In this document: positions 1 through 9,177 of the stretch, one piece after another
How positions within the stretch are numbered: the stretch's first letter is position 1
How the letters are laid out: the number at the start of each line of letters is the position of its first letter
DNA from: Planctomycetota bacterium
GTDB taxonomy: Bacteria; Planctomycetota; UBA8108; SXIK01
NCBI GenBank assembly: GCA_965223265.1
Contig: OZ244999.1
Location: forward strand, 1,632,001-1,696,000
Reading direction: 5' to 3'
Length of the DNA stretch: 64,000 nucleotides
Notes under the pieces: model-generated
Told to the model about the DNA's origin: nothing
The model's input: the letters and a program-made list of their open reading frames with translations, nothing else
The model's database searches: none
Position numbers and translations under genes: made by a program

Positions 1-135
1 CGTCGCGTCGATGTTGCGCGCGCCCGCAGCGTCGAGTTCAGAGACAACGCGCCCACCTGAGATGCAGACGTCTCTCACTTCGCCGTGAATGTCGTTTGCC
101 GGGTCGTAGACCCTGCCGCCGGTTATGCGCAGCAT
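1..135 (-). CDS. fwdA: Formylmethanofuran dehydrogenase / formyltransferase-hydrolase subunit A, N-terminus (truncated by window edge)
   Basis: Manual translation from ATG at 135: MLRITGGRVYDPANDIHGEVRDVCISGGRVVSELDAAGARNIDAT, which fits the FwdA/FhcA amidohydrolase N-terminus (GGxVYDPxN..GE..D..I..G+VV); lies directly downstream of fwdB. Confidence 0.85.
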   Translation of the reverse strand, partial: MLRITGGRVYDPANDIHGEVRDVCISGGRVVSELDAAGARNIDAT

Positions 136-184
136 GCGTGTCGCGTCCGCCTCGTTTCTCTCTGAGTGATCAAACTCGAGCTTG

Positions 185-345
185 ACAGCCCGTTGAAAAA
201 GTCATTCGGCCGAGAAACTGGCCTCTTCGCGCCCAGCTCGACCGCGTCAATACTCGATAATCCCGAAGATTGCCTGCGTTTGCCGCGGCCGATCTGGACG
301 CGAAGAGACCAGTTTTCGGCTCGAAGCATTTTTTCAACAGGCTGT
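185..345 (-). mobile_element. ~161-bp MITE-like palindromic element, copy 1
   Basis: Terminal inverted repeats ACAGCCYGTTGAAAAA...TTTTTCAACRGGCTGT plus a long internal inverted repeat; homologous copies at 14943-15105 and 23053-23213. Confidence 0.85.
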
Positions 346-1676
346 TAAGCGCATGGCACCGTCTTGTACGTCGCCGGCAGCCAAGGCGGCTTCTCTTTCA
401 CTTTGTCGTAGATCCGTCGCACGATCTCTTCGTCGGTGGGATACGGCGAATCGAGAATCGGCCGTAGCGGCAGCGGAATCTCGTCCATGCGGTAGACCGT
501 TCCCGGCGCGCTGATGCCCGTGGTGGCGGTCGTGAAGTGAACGCGCGCCAGGTGGCTCGTGTGCGTTACCTTGGGGTCGAGGACGATCGTTGGGATTCTC
601 GCCAGGTGATCGATCGCCGGCTGCGGCATGGTCGCTCCCGGGTCGGCACCTATGATCAGCGCGGCATCGTTGTCGCCGCGCACGAGCACGTCGATCGTCG
701 AGAACTCGCCCGGGTTGAAGCGGGGGTAGCCGCGCGACAGGTTGACGCCAAACGGATACCCGGTCGACCAGCGCATGATCACGTCGGCGCCGGTGACGTT
801 GCCGTGGCCGCGCATCGGCATCGACACGAACTTGGTGAACGCGTTCATCTCGGCGGCGAGCGCTAACGCAGCGGCCGAGTTCATGTGCTTGCCGCGCGTC
901 ATCGACAGGCCCATGCCGAAGAAGAGAACACCGAAGCGCGCCTTCTTCATACGGTCGACGATTTCCTGCAGCTGCTCAAGTGAAAGGCCCGTCTCCGCCA
1001 CGGCCTCAGCGTCGACGGGCTGGCCCTTGACCAGCGCGCGCATCGTCGTCAGCACCTCGAAGTCTTTCCCCGGTCGCACCTGCAGGAGGATGTCGGCGAA
1101 GCGGCTGCTCAGCGTCTCGCGCACGTCGACGAGCACCATCGTGCGCCCCTTGCGGCCCTCCGGCACGAATTTTCCTTTGGGGGTCAAAGAGTACTTGGTG
1201 AAGTGCCGTGGGTGGCAGTCAGCAGGATTGCCCCCCCAAAAGATCAGGAAGTCCGCCCGGTTCATCACTTCGCCGAGCGTGCAGGTGACTTTGCCACCCA
1301 ACTGGGCGGCGATTTCCGTTGGCCCGTGTCAGAGCGAGGTGTGGCTGTCGACCACGCCTCCGACCAGTTCAGCGAGCGCGACGGCTCCGCGCTGCGTTTC
1401 GCAGGTGGTATTACTGAGGCCGTAGACGAGCGGCATGTTCGCGGCGTAGAGGTACTCCGCCGCAGCGTCGACCGCGTCGTCCACCGACGCCGGCTTGCCG
1501 TCAATCAATGCTTCGGGATAGAGCTTCTCCGCCGTGTGGTTTTTGAACCACGCCTCGCCGAGGCCGCAGGCGCGCTTGGTCTTGGTGATGCGGTCGCCTT
1601 CGGCGTGCAGCTCCATGTCGTCGCACACGCAGCCGCAAAACGTACACGTTGCGTTTTCTACGATCTTTACACTCAT
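345..1676 (-). CDS. fwdB: Formylmethanofuran dehydrogenase subunit B, selenocysteine-containing (UGA at 1329-1331 recoded), 443 aa
   Basis: ORFs 1329..1676 and 345..1301 are in the same frame, separated only by TGA + 9 sense codons (DSHTSL-U-HGPTEIAAQLGGKVTCTLGEVMNRAD); Fe-S motif CTFCGCVCDD...C; PMRGHGNV active-site motif; flanked by fwdD and fwdA. Confidence 0.9.
1293..1310 (-). promoter_or_regulatory. Putative bacterial SECIS hairpin inside fwdB
   Basis: mRNA GCCGCCC-AGUU-GGGUGGC: 7-bp stem with one G-U pair, 4-nt loop with G in the second position; loop lies 25 nt 3' of the UGA. Confidence 0.7.
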
Positions 1677-1847
1677 GGCTTCCTAAAAAGTTATCGTCGT
1701 CATCGTCGCGGCGACGACGATGCCGTCTCGCTACGCGGGACTCGTTCGAACGCGCGCAGTCGCGTCGACGAGTTCACTCGAGATAGTGCTCTCGAGCGGT
1801 GATCACTCCGAGTCGTCTGAGCCCAGACTGGGCCGGATGATGAAGCT

Positions 1848-1997
1848 TCACCCAAGCGCCCGTCCACGAAAGCTGCCGCGGATGCGGCGCGGCATGTAAC
1901 GGCCGACATCGGCGTCGACGAGTTCCCACGCCTGAGGGTCCTCGACGCCGAGCTGGTCGAGCGTCTCGGGAAACTGCGCCTTCTCGACCTCGCTCAT
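1848..1997 (-). CDS. Possible 49-aa small protein or gene remnant
   Basis: ATG at 1997, MSEVEKAQFPETLDQLGVEDPQAWELVDADVGRYMPRRIR...; GC3-rich codons like the neighbouring genes; no clear RBS. Confidence 0.3.
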   Translation of the reverse strand: MSEVEKAQFPETLDQLGVEDPQAWELVDADVGRYMPRRIRGSFRGRALG

Positions 1998-2453
1998 TTG
2001 GCGGCGAAGCTCTGGTCTCCCCCGTATGGGGGTGCGTCCTGCGTCCACTGGGATCTTCCTAATCTGTCGTTGTGCTAAACCATTCTGTTGAGGAGCTCAA
2101 GGCTCGTGAGGAGCCAGCGAGCTCACCACATAAGATAACCGAAAGGTCGCTCGACTGGTATGTCCGTGATGACCGGGCGATTCACAACACCAACAATTCG
2201 CTCCCTTCGTTTCTCCGTTGCCTTGTGTTCTATGCCTTCACAGGAGTCGGTTTTCCGTCGATGCGATTTCGAAAGGCGAGAAAACGGAGGAAACCAAGGC
2301 CGGAGACGATCGCCGTCCTTCGCGATCGGACGACAGTTTTAAAACGCCACGGTTGGCGAGGTTTGTTGTCGTAAGTCTCATCCCATCAAGGAAATATGGG
2401 CCGGTGTTCGGGCCCGGGCCAGTCCAAAACCAGCTGCTTTTTGGCAACCGAGC

Positions 2454-2816
2454 TTACTGCGGGGCGTCAATGGCCTCGACTTCGACCTCCCAGCCCTTGG
2501 AGAGCGGCATCCCAGTCCCGTCGGTGCTCTGACCCATGAGCTGGCAAGTCGGCGGGCCGTAGGGCACGAAGATCATGCCGCGCGGCACCTTGCCATCCTT
2601 GCCACCATGTTCCTTGCAGGTGAAGGTGCCCTCGCCGTTCTCGGAGCGCACGCGGAGACTGGCACCCGGCTCGACGCCGAGCTCCTTGATGTCATCCGGG
2701 TGCATGATCAGCGTGGTCACCAAGGCTTGGTACTCGGCGCCTTCCTTACCGACGTTGATCTGTCGCCCTTGCTTGGTCGTGCGACCGGCGTTCATGATGA
2801 AAGTTTTGGCGGCCAA
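2454..2816 (-). CDS. fwdD: Formylmethanofuran dehydrogenase subunit D (molybdopterin dinucleotide-binding domain)
   Basis: GRTTKQG..., MHPDDIKELGV, GMIFVPYGP, TDGTGMPLSKG motifs typical of FwdD; TTG start. Confidence 0.9.
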   Translation of the reverse strand: MAAKTFIMNAGRTTKQGRQINVGKEGAEYQALVTTLIMHPDDIKELGVEPGASLRVRSENGEGTFTCKEHGGKDGKVPRGMIFVPYGPPTCQLMGQSTDGTGMPLSKGWEVEVEAIDAPQ

Positions 2817-2931
2817 CTGAGTCTCTCGCTAGGTGTCAAATCGTGCCCAAATGGTGTCGGTGACAACCAGCGCCAGTGTAACCGCGAAGGCGCAGCACGG
2901 GAATCCCGCGTTTCTCAAGCCGTACGTGGCC

Positions 2932-3885
2932 CTACCTCTTGAGCGCTTCTGGATCCACGACGCCGGACGACCCGGCGCTGAGGACTTTGTGCAGGTGAAA
3001 GTGAAACTTGCCAAGCTTGCCGCCGTAGTTGCCGGCGCCGATGGCGAGAACTCCCTCGCCCGACGCAGTCTCGAGGGCTGTGCGCATGGCCGCGGCGACC
3101 GCCGCTTCGTCCGTGCCATCGATGACGATCTCATAGCAGCAGTTGGCGCCGTCGACGAGCTCGCTCTCGACGCGGCCGCGCTGCGTCGGGCAGAGCGGGT
3201 CGTTGGTCGAGGCCACGAGTCCCTTGTAACGCGAGCCGACCTTGCTGCCGCTGCGGACGACGCCACCGGGGAACGGTGTGATCACGCCGGGCAGCGCAGC
3301 GATCGCTTCGCTGGCGCGCCGCGCTGCGGCGAGTGCGACGGCCTGCGAGCGCGCCTGCAAGATGATGTTGCCACCGGCGATGCCCTTGGCGACCGACGCC
3401 GTCTCACCGACGAGGAATTCGCCATCCATCACTGGGACCCGCCAGTAACGGGTGCCGTCGTGCTTCTTACTCTTTTGATAGCCATCGCCGAAGAAGCGCA
3501 GGTGCTTGCCCAGCGCAATCGTGTCGTGGGATTCTGTCCCGTTGGCGCCGGCCGCGTCACCCAAACCATCGTAGCAGGCGGTGGTGGGGCAGGTCATGAT
3601 GCACTGGCCGACGCGGTTGGGCACCGCTTTGGCGAGCCCGTCGGTCGAAAACCCAAACAGCATCACCGCCGCGCCGGGCCGACCGTCGGGGGTTTCGCCC
3701 GGCGAGAGGTAGCGTTCGACACCCGCCTCGGCGTCGCAGCTGATCACCGACGTCCCATATCCCGCGACGGAGCGGAGCGCCGCCTCAAGCCAGTAGTCGT
3801 CGACAGCGGTGACGATAAGCCGCGCGTAGCGCATGCGAAACGCTTCGGCAAACGTGTCAAGAATCGTGGTCGAGCCGATTTGCAT
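2932..3885 (-). CDS. ftr: Formylmethanofuran--tetrahydromethanopterin N-formyltransferase (Ftr/FhcD)
   Basis: DTFAEAF, TSVISCDAEAGVE, TPDGRPG, RVGQCIMTCPTTAC, FPGGVVRSGSKVGS, AGNYGGKLG motifs. Confidence 0.95.
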   Translation of the reverse strand: MQIGSTTILDTFAEAFRMRYARLIVTAVDDYWLEAALRSVAGYGTSVISCDAEAGVERYLSPGETPDGRPGAAVMLFGFSTDGLAKAVPNRVGQCIMTCPTTACYDGLGDAAGANGTESHDTIALGKHLRFFGDGYQKSKKHDGTRYWRVPVMDGEFLVGETASVAKGIAGGNIILQARSQAVALAAARRASEAIAALPGVITPFPGGVVRSGSKVGSRYKGLVASTNDPLCPTQRGRVESELVDGANCCYEIVIDGTDEAAVAAAMRTALETASGEGVLAIGAGNYGGKLGKFHFHLHKVLSAGSSGVVDPEALKR

Positions 3886-4133
3886 AGAGCACTTCCGCAT
3901 TGATCAAGGGCTCACCGCACTTGGCGCCCGCAGCGTCGGAGCAGCTGCGGCGACCGCGAGGTGCGACGTTCGAAGCCTATGAACGTAGCCAGGACCGCGG
4001 TGCGAAGCAACTATTTCCAGGGTTTCGATCGAGGGAGCTGGATCGGCTCGCCGGAGGATGTAGGCGATGCGAATAGCCCGAGTGTGCACCCGCGAAGACG
4101 GCTTCAAGGCTCGTTCTACGTTCGAGTAGTGCG

Positions 4134-7100
4134 CTACTGGCACGCTGCGTTGTCGTCACATTCCGGAACCGGCACGCAAGAGAGCGGAGCTCCCGGGAGA
4201 GAGAGCGGATGAGACTCTCCCGCGTCGGTGAAGAGAAACAGGAGAAGGCCAACACCGTCTGCAAGATCAAGCTCGGAATTCGAGTCATGGTCAAGTAGTG
4301 CGATGTTTCCGGCGGCGTCCACCGACCCATCGCCACATGGGAGTGGCCTCGGGTTGCCTCCGAAGAGGTGCAGGAAGAGGCAGATCGGATCAGAGACGTC
4401 TAGGCCCGCGTTTTGGTCGCAGTCGCCAGGCACTCGAAGTCCACCTTCGCAGTCGTCCGGAATCTCATTCGTGTTCACGTCGGTGGAATCGCCCGCGCCG
4501 ATGTCGCAGGCATCGGGAGCGCCGTTGTCATTGCAGTCGGCCTTGACGAATGGAGCGCTCTCGTTGATCAACAGTGAGACAGTGTCTGATCGATTCGACG
4601 TGGCGATTTCAGGGTAACCGTCGCCGTTGACGTCGAGTTGCACAATCCAGGTAGGTTCCGCGCCAACACCAAACGGGACCGGCGGGGCAAAGCGACCGCT
4701 TCCGTCTCCGAGCATGGCTTCGACAAGATTTGACTCAAGTGAGACGACGAAGATATCCGTATGCCCATCGCCGTCACCGTCAGCGCCGACGGCAGGACGC
4801 GCCGAGCCTGCGCCGTCAGCGAATCCACGAGGGGGAAGGAATCCGCCGTCACTATGGCCGAGCAGAATCGCAGTTCTGGAGCCGGAGCTTCCCCTGGAGA
4901 CGGCGACGTCGAGGATCCCGTCACGGTTGAAATCGGTAGCGAAGAGGTGCCGCGGCGTCGATATAGGACCGAAGATTCTTGGGACTCCGAAGGTCCCGTC
5001 ACCCAGTCCCGGCCACAGACGTATCTCATCGGCATCGCGTTCCGTACTGACCAGGTCGAGGAGGTCGTCGCCGTCGAAGTCGGCGGCGACGAACGCTGTG
5101 GTTTGACTGCTCCGATAGCGAATGCCTTCACGAAAGGATCCGTCTCCAACTCCGAGAAGCACGTTCTCTCCTACTATGAGATCTACTCTCCCGTCATCGT
5201 TGAGGTCGGCCGCCGCGATGTTCAGAGAGATGACTCTGTCCGACGCGAGACTCCGCCGCGAGCCGAATCGGCCGTTCCCAGATCCGAAGTGACCGCTGAC
5301 CGCTGTACTCGGGTGCGTCACCGCGAGATCGATCGCTCCGTCCAGATTGAAATCACCCATCGCAATTCCACTGGGTTTTTGAGCTGTCGGAACTGTCTGG
5401 CTAAACCGAAGTCGATCGACCCCGTCGCTGAGTAGTACCGTTAAATCATGGGAATCGTCGTTCAGCGTCACGACGTCGTCGAACCCGTCGCCGTTGAAGT
5501 CGCCGGCGGCGAGCTTCAGTGGGTCGTCACCGACAGGAAAATCCCTTTGTCGGAACGCAAAACGCCTGTCCGAGAAGTTGCACTCGTCAGGAACTCCGTT
5601 GGTATCACAATCCTCACTCTCACCTGCCAGGATCTCGGCTTGGTCGTCGAACCCGTTGACGTTGCAATCGTTTCGGATTGTTGCGACCACTTCGCATTCG
5701 TCAGGGATGCCGTTTCTATCTGCATCGAGACTATTTCCTGTGGTGACGTCGCACTCATCGGGCGTGTGATTGCCGTTACAGTCGCGACTGCTCGGCTCCG
5801 AGGAGCGATTAACGAACAGCTGTAAACGGCCGCTAGCGGACACGGTTAGCAGCTCCGGTCCGCCGTTGTCGTTGATATCGGAGACAAACAGGCCGACTGG
5901 GCGCCCTTGCGTAGACAGTTCGCCCAGCGACCGAAACGTTCCATCGCCGGCTCCCGTAAACAGTGACACTGAACGGGCAGTCTGATTGACTGTGGCGATG
6001 TCTACCCAGCCGTCTTGATCGACATCAGCGATGGCGCTCAACCGCGGGCGGTCGGCGGTTGTCAAACTCTGGCCGAGTGCGAACCTGCCATCCCCCTCAC
6101 CCAAGGCAACGGTGACCGCGTTCTCCTCGAAACTCGTTGCGATGACATCGAGGCGGCCGTCGTCGTTGACGTCACCAACAGTCAGTGACTGCACCGAGAA
6201 TCGCATTGGGCTGATGAGAGCGCTGTCGAACTCGCCGTTCCCACGGCCGAGGAGCGCGAAAAGAAAGAGAGCGTTCTGATCCTCCGATTCCGCCGTCAAC
6301 AAATCCACGAATCCATCGTCGTTCAAGTCGGCTGCAGCGAGCGCGACCTGGCGATCGCCAAGAGGAATCTGCTGGGTAGACATGAAGTCACCACCTCCGG
6401 ATGCCAAAAGGGTGGTGATTCCAGAATGGTTCAAGATCGCGAGGTCGTCGACGTCGTTGCCATCAAAATTCTCGGCGACGATAGCGAAATGTGGCTCGTC
6501 GACTTCAACGGTGCTGGGATCTGAAAAACCCTCGCCTGCAAGGGACAGGAGGATGTCGACTCGTGCTTCGTTGGGGTAAACGACAGCTATATCAGGCCAC
6601 TCGTCGGAATCGAATCGTCCTAACGCGGCCCACCTTACGTTAGAGATCGCTGTGCGGACGATGGTTGCCTCCGGGAAGTCTCCCGAGCTCTCCTGCTTCA
6701 CGAGCGTCAGGCCGTCCTCCGAATCTGTCATGAGAGCATCAAGATCACCATCGAGATCGATGTCCGCCACCGTCAGCGAGTTCGGCTCATAGCCACCCGG
6801 GAAGCTCCTGGCGTCGTGAAACGACCCTCGGTCTTTGCCTCGATAGAGTGTAACGTCTTCAGAATCTCGGGCGGCGACGATGAAGTCCGCCCAACCGTCA
6901 CCGTCGACGTCCTTCACGACCACACCCAACGCGAATCTCCCGACCGGCAGCCGCACATACTCGCGAAACGTTTCATCCTCGGCGCCTTGAATGAGGATGA
7001 ACTGCTGCGTCACTCGATCCGAGATAGCAAAGTCGACTCGATCGTCGCCGTCGATGTCGATCGGCACCACTTTGTCTGGGTTACCACCAACGTTGAGGAG

Positions 7101-8015
7101 AGGGCGCTGGTCGAACGTGCTTTCCGTAGATCCGACGAAAAGCTCAACGTCCCCCGGAATGGTGACCACGACGAGATCGGAGGCCCCGTCCTTGTTGACG
7201 TCCGTCGCGGTCAGGCCGTAAATCCTCGGCACTTCGATATCTACCGGGGCTCGAAATACTGTATCGCGATCTCCGAAAAGGACGGTCACGTTGTTGCTGC
7301 TAGCTACCGCGACGTCCATGAGTCCATCGCCGTTAAAATCGGCCACCGCCATGTCCATTGGATGACTGCTGATGGAAAAACTCTCCGCTGCCGAAAACGT
7401 TCCTTCGCCCATACCGTCGAGCACGCTGATGCTGGCAGAGTCTGAATTGCCGACCACGAGATCAACAACGGAATCACGATTCATGTCGACGGCGATGACT
7501 TGATTCGGTTCCTCTTGCACCGGGTAATTCGTCGGAGGCTGAAACGTGCCATCGCCGTTGCCGAGCATCACCGTGACGTTGTTCGATCGTGTTTCTACGG
7601 CCGCCAAGTCCATTGCTCCGTCGGCGTTGAAGTCTTCAGCCACCATGGAAACAAACGCCCCGACGTTGAGTGAATCGACCCACCCTCGGGGTGTGTCGCT
7701 GAACGCTGCGAGATGAACCTCGACATCGCCGCTGAGCACGGCGACCGCAAGGTCGATCACTTGATCCCCATCGAAGTCTGCGGCGACGATTGAGGTCGGT
7801 TGGCGGCGAAGGGCCAAGCGTTCACTCGAGTAGAACGGAAACTGAGGCACGTCGAGGCTGTCGGGGACGTCGTTCCCGTTGCAGTCTCCGCCGATCCCAG
7901 CGACGGCGAGCTCCATGCCTCCGGGAAAAACCGTCCAAAGCGAAAGCATAAGCGCGGTCCGGATGACGGGACCTTGCATACTCTGGCAACATACGACGAA
8001 CACGTTCCGTTCCAC
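4134..8015 (-). CDS. Large secreted FG-GAP/VCBS-repeat protein with DCNxNGxPD Cys/Ca repeats and a C-terminal dockerin-like domain
   Basis: Many DFxGDGxxDL repeats; DCNGNxxPDxC motifs; PGDCDQNAGLDVSDPICL dockerin-like tail; GAGGGAGG RBS before GTG. Confidence 0.85.
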   Translation of the reverse strand: MERNVFVVCCQSMQGPVIRTALMLSLWTVFPGGMELAVAGIGGDCNGNDVPDSLDVPQFPFYSSERLALRRQPTSIVAADFDGDQVIDLAVAVLSGDVEVHLAAFSDTPRGWVDSLNVGAFVSMVAEDFNADGAMDLAAVETRSNNVTVMLGNGDGTFQPPTNYPVQEEPNQVIAVDMNRDSVVDLVVGNSDSASISVLDGMGEGTFSAAESFSISSHPMDMAVADFNGDGLMDVAVASSNNVTVLFGDRDTVFRAPVDIEVPRIYGLTATDVNKDGASDLVVVTIPGDVELFVGSTESTFDQRPLLNVGGNPDKVVPIDIDGDDRVDFAISDRVTQQFILIQGAEDETFREYVRLPVGRFALGVVVKDVDGDGWADFIVAARDSEDVTLYRGKDRGSFHDARSFPGGYEPNSLTVADIDLDGDLDALMTDSEDGLTLVKQESSGDFPEATIVRTAISNVRWAALGRFDSDEWPDIAVVYPNEARVDILLSLAGEGFSDPSTVEVDEPHFAIVAENFDGNDVDDLAILNHSGITTLLASGGGDFMSTQQIPLGDRQVALAAADLNDDGFVDLLTAESEDQNALFLFALLGRGNGEFDSALISPMRFSVQSLTVGDVNDDGRLDVIATSFEENAVTVALGEGDGRFALGQSLTTADRPRLSAIADVDQDGWVDIATVNQTARSVSLFTGAGDGTFRSLGELSTQGRPVGLFVSDINDNGGPELLTVSASGRLQLFVNRSSEPSSRDCNGNHTPDECDVTTGNSLDADRNGIPDECEVVATIRNDCNVNGFDDQAEILAGESEDCDTNGVPDECNFSDRRFAFRQRDFPVGDDPLKLAAGDFNGDGFDDVVTLNDDSHDLTVLLSDGVDRLRFSQTVPTAQKPSGIAMGDFNLDGAIDLAVTHPSTAVSGHFGSGNGRFGSRRSLASDRVISLNIAAADLNDDGRVDLIVGENVLLGVGDGSFREGIRYRSSQTTAFVAADFDGDDLLDLVSTERDADEIRLWPGLGDGTFGVPRIFGPISTPRHLFATDFNRDGILDVAVSRGSSGSRTAILLGHSDGGFLPPRGFADGAGSARPAVGADGDGDGHTDIFVVSLESNLVEAMLGDGSGRFAPPVPFGVGAEPTWIVQLDVNGDGYPEIATSNRSDTVSLLINESAPFVKADCNDNGAPDACDIGAGDSTDVNTNEIPDDCEGGLRVPGDCDQNAGLDVSDPICLFLHLFGGNPRPLPCGDGSVDAAGNIALLDHDSNSELDLADGVGLLLFLFTDAGESHPLSLPGAPLSCVPVPECDDNAACQ

Positions 8016-8116
8016 AGGAGACCCTCCCTCAACAGGATTTGTAACTGGGACTCATTATATAGCGGACGCGACTCGCAGCGAGATCTGTCTGCGGGATGAG
8101 CGCTCGCGCGTCGTTC

Positions 8117-9145
8117 TCATGGAGGGCCAGGGGGCGAGTGATCACCACAACCAGTGCCGACTCGTCGTCCCGCCGCCGTCAGGGCGCGCATCAAGTCGGC
8201 GACGCGGCCAGCGTCGATCCCACGCCGACGTTCGCCGTCTGCGCAGGCGGCCCCACGGACGGCGAGGACGTCCGCTCCCAGCTCAACCATTGGCGCTACG
8301 TCCTGTCGTCGTAGCGATCCTGCGAGGGCCACCGCGACGCCATTCGCGTGAGCATGTGCGATGAGGCAACTCAGCTCACGAGTGGTCAAAAAGTCTCGTA
8401 GCGAACCCGTCCCTTTGACGAACGTGTCGATCAAGAAGAACGGTAGCCGACGGCGCACGGCGAAATCGAGAACCTGCTGCGGTGCTGGCGCTTTCGCGGC
8501 TGCGTGGTCGGCGTAGGCTACCGCGACGAGGTTTGCCCCGGAGCCGGCGATGCGTTGATACCATGCGTCGAGACAGGCCATCCACGAGTTCGTCGCGTTG
8601 CACGACGAAAGTCCCAGTTTGTAAAGAGCGACGCCAGCGACTGGAAGGAAGGCCTCGGGCGTTTCACACTCGAGCAGCTCACCGAGAGCCGCAGTCACCA
8701 CGACGCGCCGCGACGATCGGATGGTGTCTCCGTTCTCTATGGTCAGTGCTTTGATGACTTCGGCTTGGACGGCTGACGACGCACGACCGAGAGAGCCATT
8801 TGCAGGTTCTTTGATGTCGACGATCGCAGCACCGCCGTTGAGCGCGATCCGTGCCTCCGCGGCATCTCTGACACTGACGAGCAGTCGAGGCGAAACTCCT
8901 GCGTCGGCTGTCGCTCCACGTCGTCCGTTGCACTCGTTCGCAGGCCCATTGGTTCCGCTCTGCAGTGCCGACTGCTTCGCGCTGCGTTCGCGATTGCGGG
9001 CAAATACGCCGCCATCGGAGGGTTGCTGTGATCGCCTCTCTCTCGGTGCCCCCAGATTATCGTCCTGCCGTTCGGGCGCGCGTCGGAAACGACGCGGATT
9101 CGCCGTCTCAGACGTTGGATGGAGTCGATCGCCATCAGGTATCAT
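8117..9145 (-). CDS. mfnB: (5-formylfuran-3-yl)methyl phosphate synthase (MfnB/DUF556, methanofuran biosynthesis); start uncertain
   Basis: LLVSV...EA..AL.GGA.IVDIKEP..GSLG, VAVAYAD, LIDTFVK, ALAGSL, VRGAAC motifs; the conserved domain begins near 8890. Confidence 0.85.
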   Translation of the reverse strand: MIPDGDRLHPTSETANPRRFRRAPERQDDNLGAPRERRSQQPSDGGVFARNRERSAKQSALQSGTNGPANECNGRRGATADAGVSPRLLVSVRDAAEARIALNGGAAIVDIKEPANGSLGRASSAVQAEVIKALTIENGDTIRSSRRVVVTAALGELLECETPEAFLPVAGVALYKLGLSSCNATNSWMACLDAWYQRIAGSGANLVAVAYADHAAAKAPAPQQVLDFAVRRRLPFFLIDTFVKGTGSLRDFLTTRELSCLIAHAHANGVAVALAGSLRRQDVAPMVELGADVLAVRGAACADGERRRGIDAGRVADLMRALTAAGRRVGTGCGDHSPPGPP

Positions 9146-9177
9146 GAACGTCATTCGAAGTGAGAAGACCAAACATC

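Noticed and set aside
123-348. Short ORFs across the 161-bp element (also 23050..23313)
   Set aside because: Their mutual similarity comes from the repeat itself; no independent coding evidence
345-1676. fwdB as a nonsense pseudogene or two separate genes
   Set aside because: The only interruption is UGA exactly at the metal-ligand codon, with a SECIS-like hairpin, and the rest of the gene is intact
2833-3903. 356-aa plus-strand ORF and similar long antisense ORFs (e.g. 20131..21198, 23639..24940, 55864..56883, 58224..59438)
   Set aside because: Shadows of well-supported genes on the opposite strand, expected in high-GC DNA
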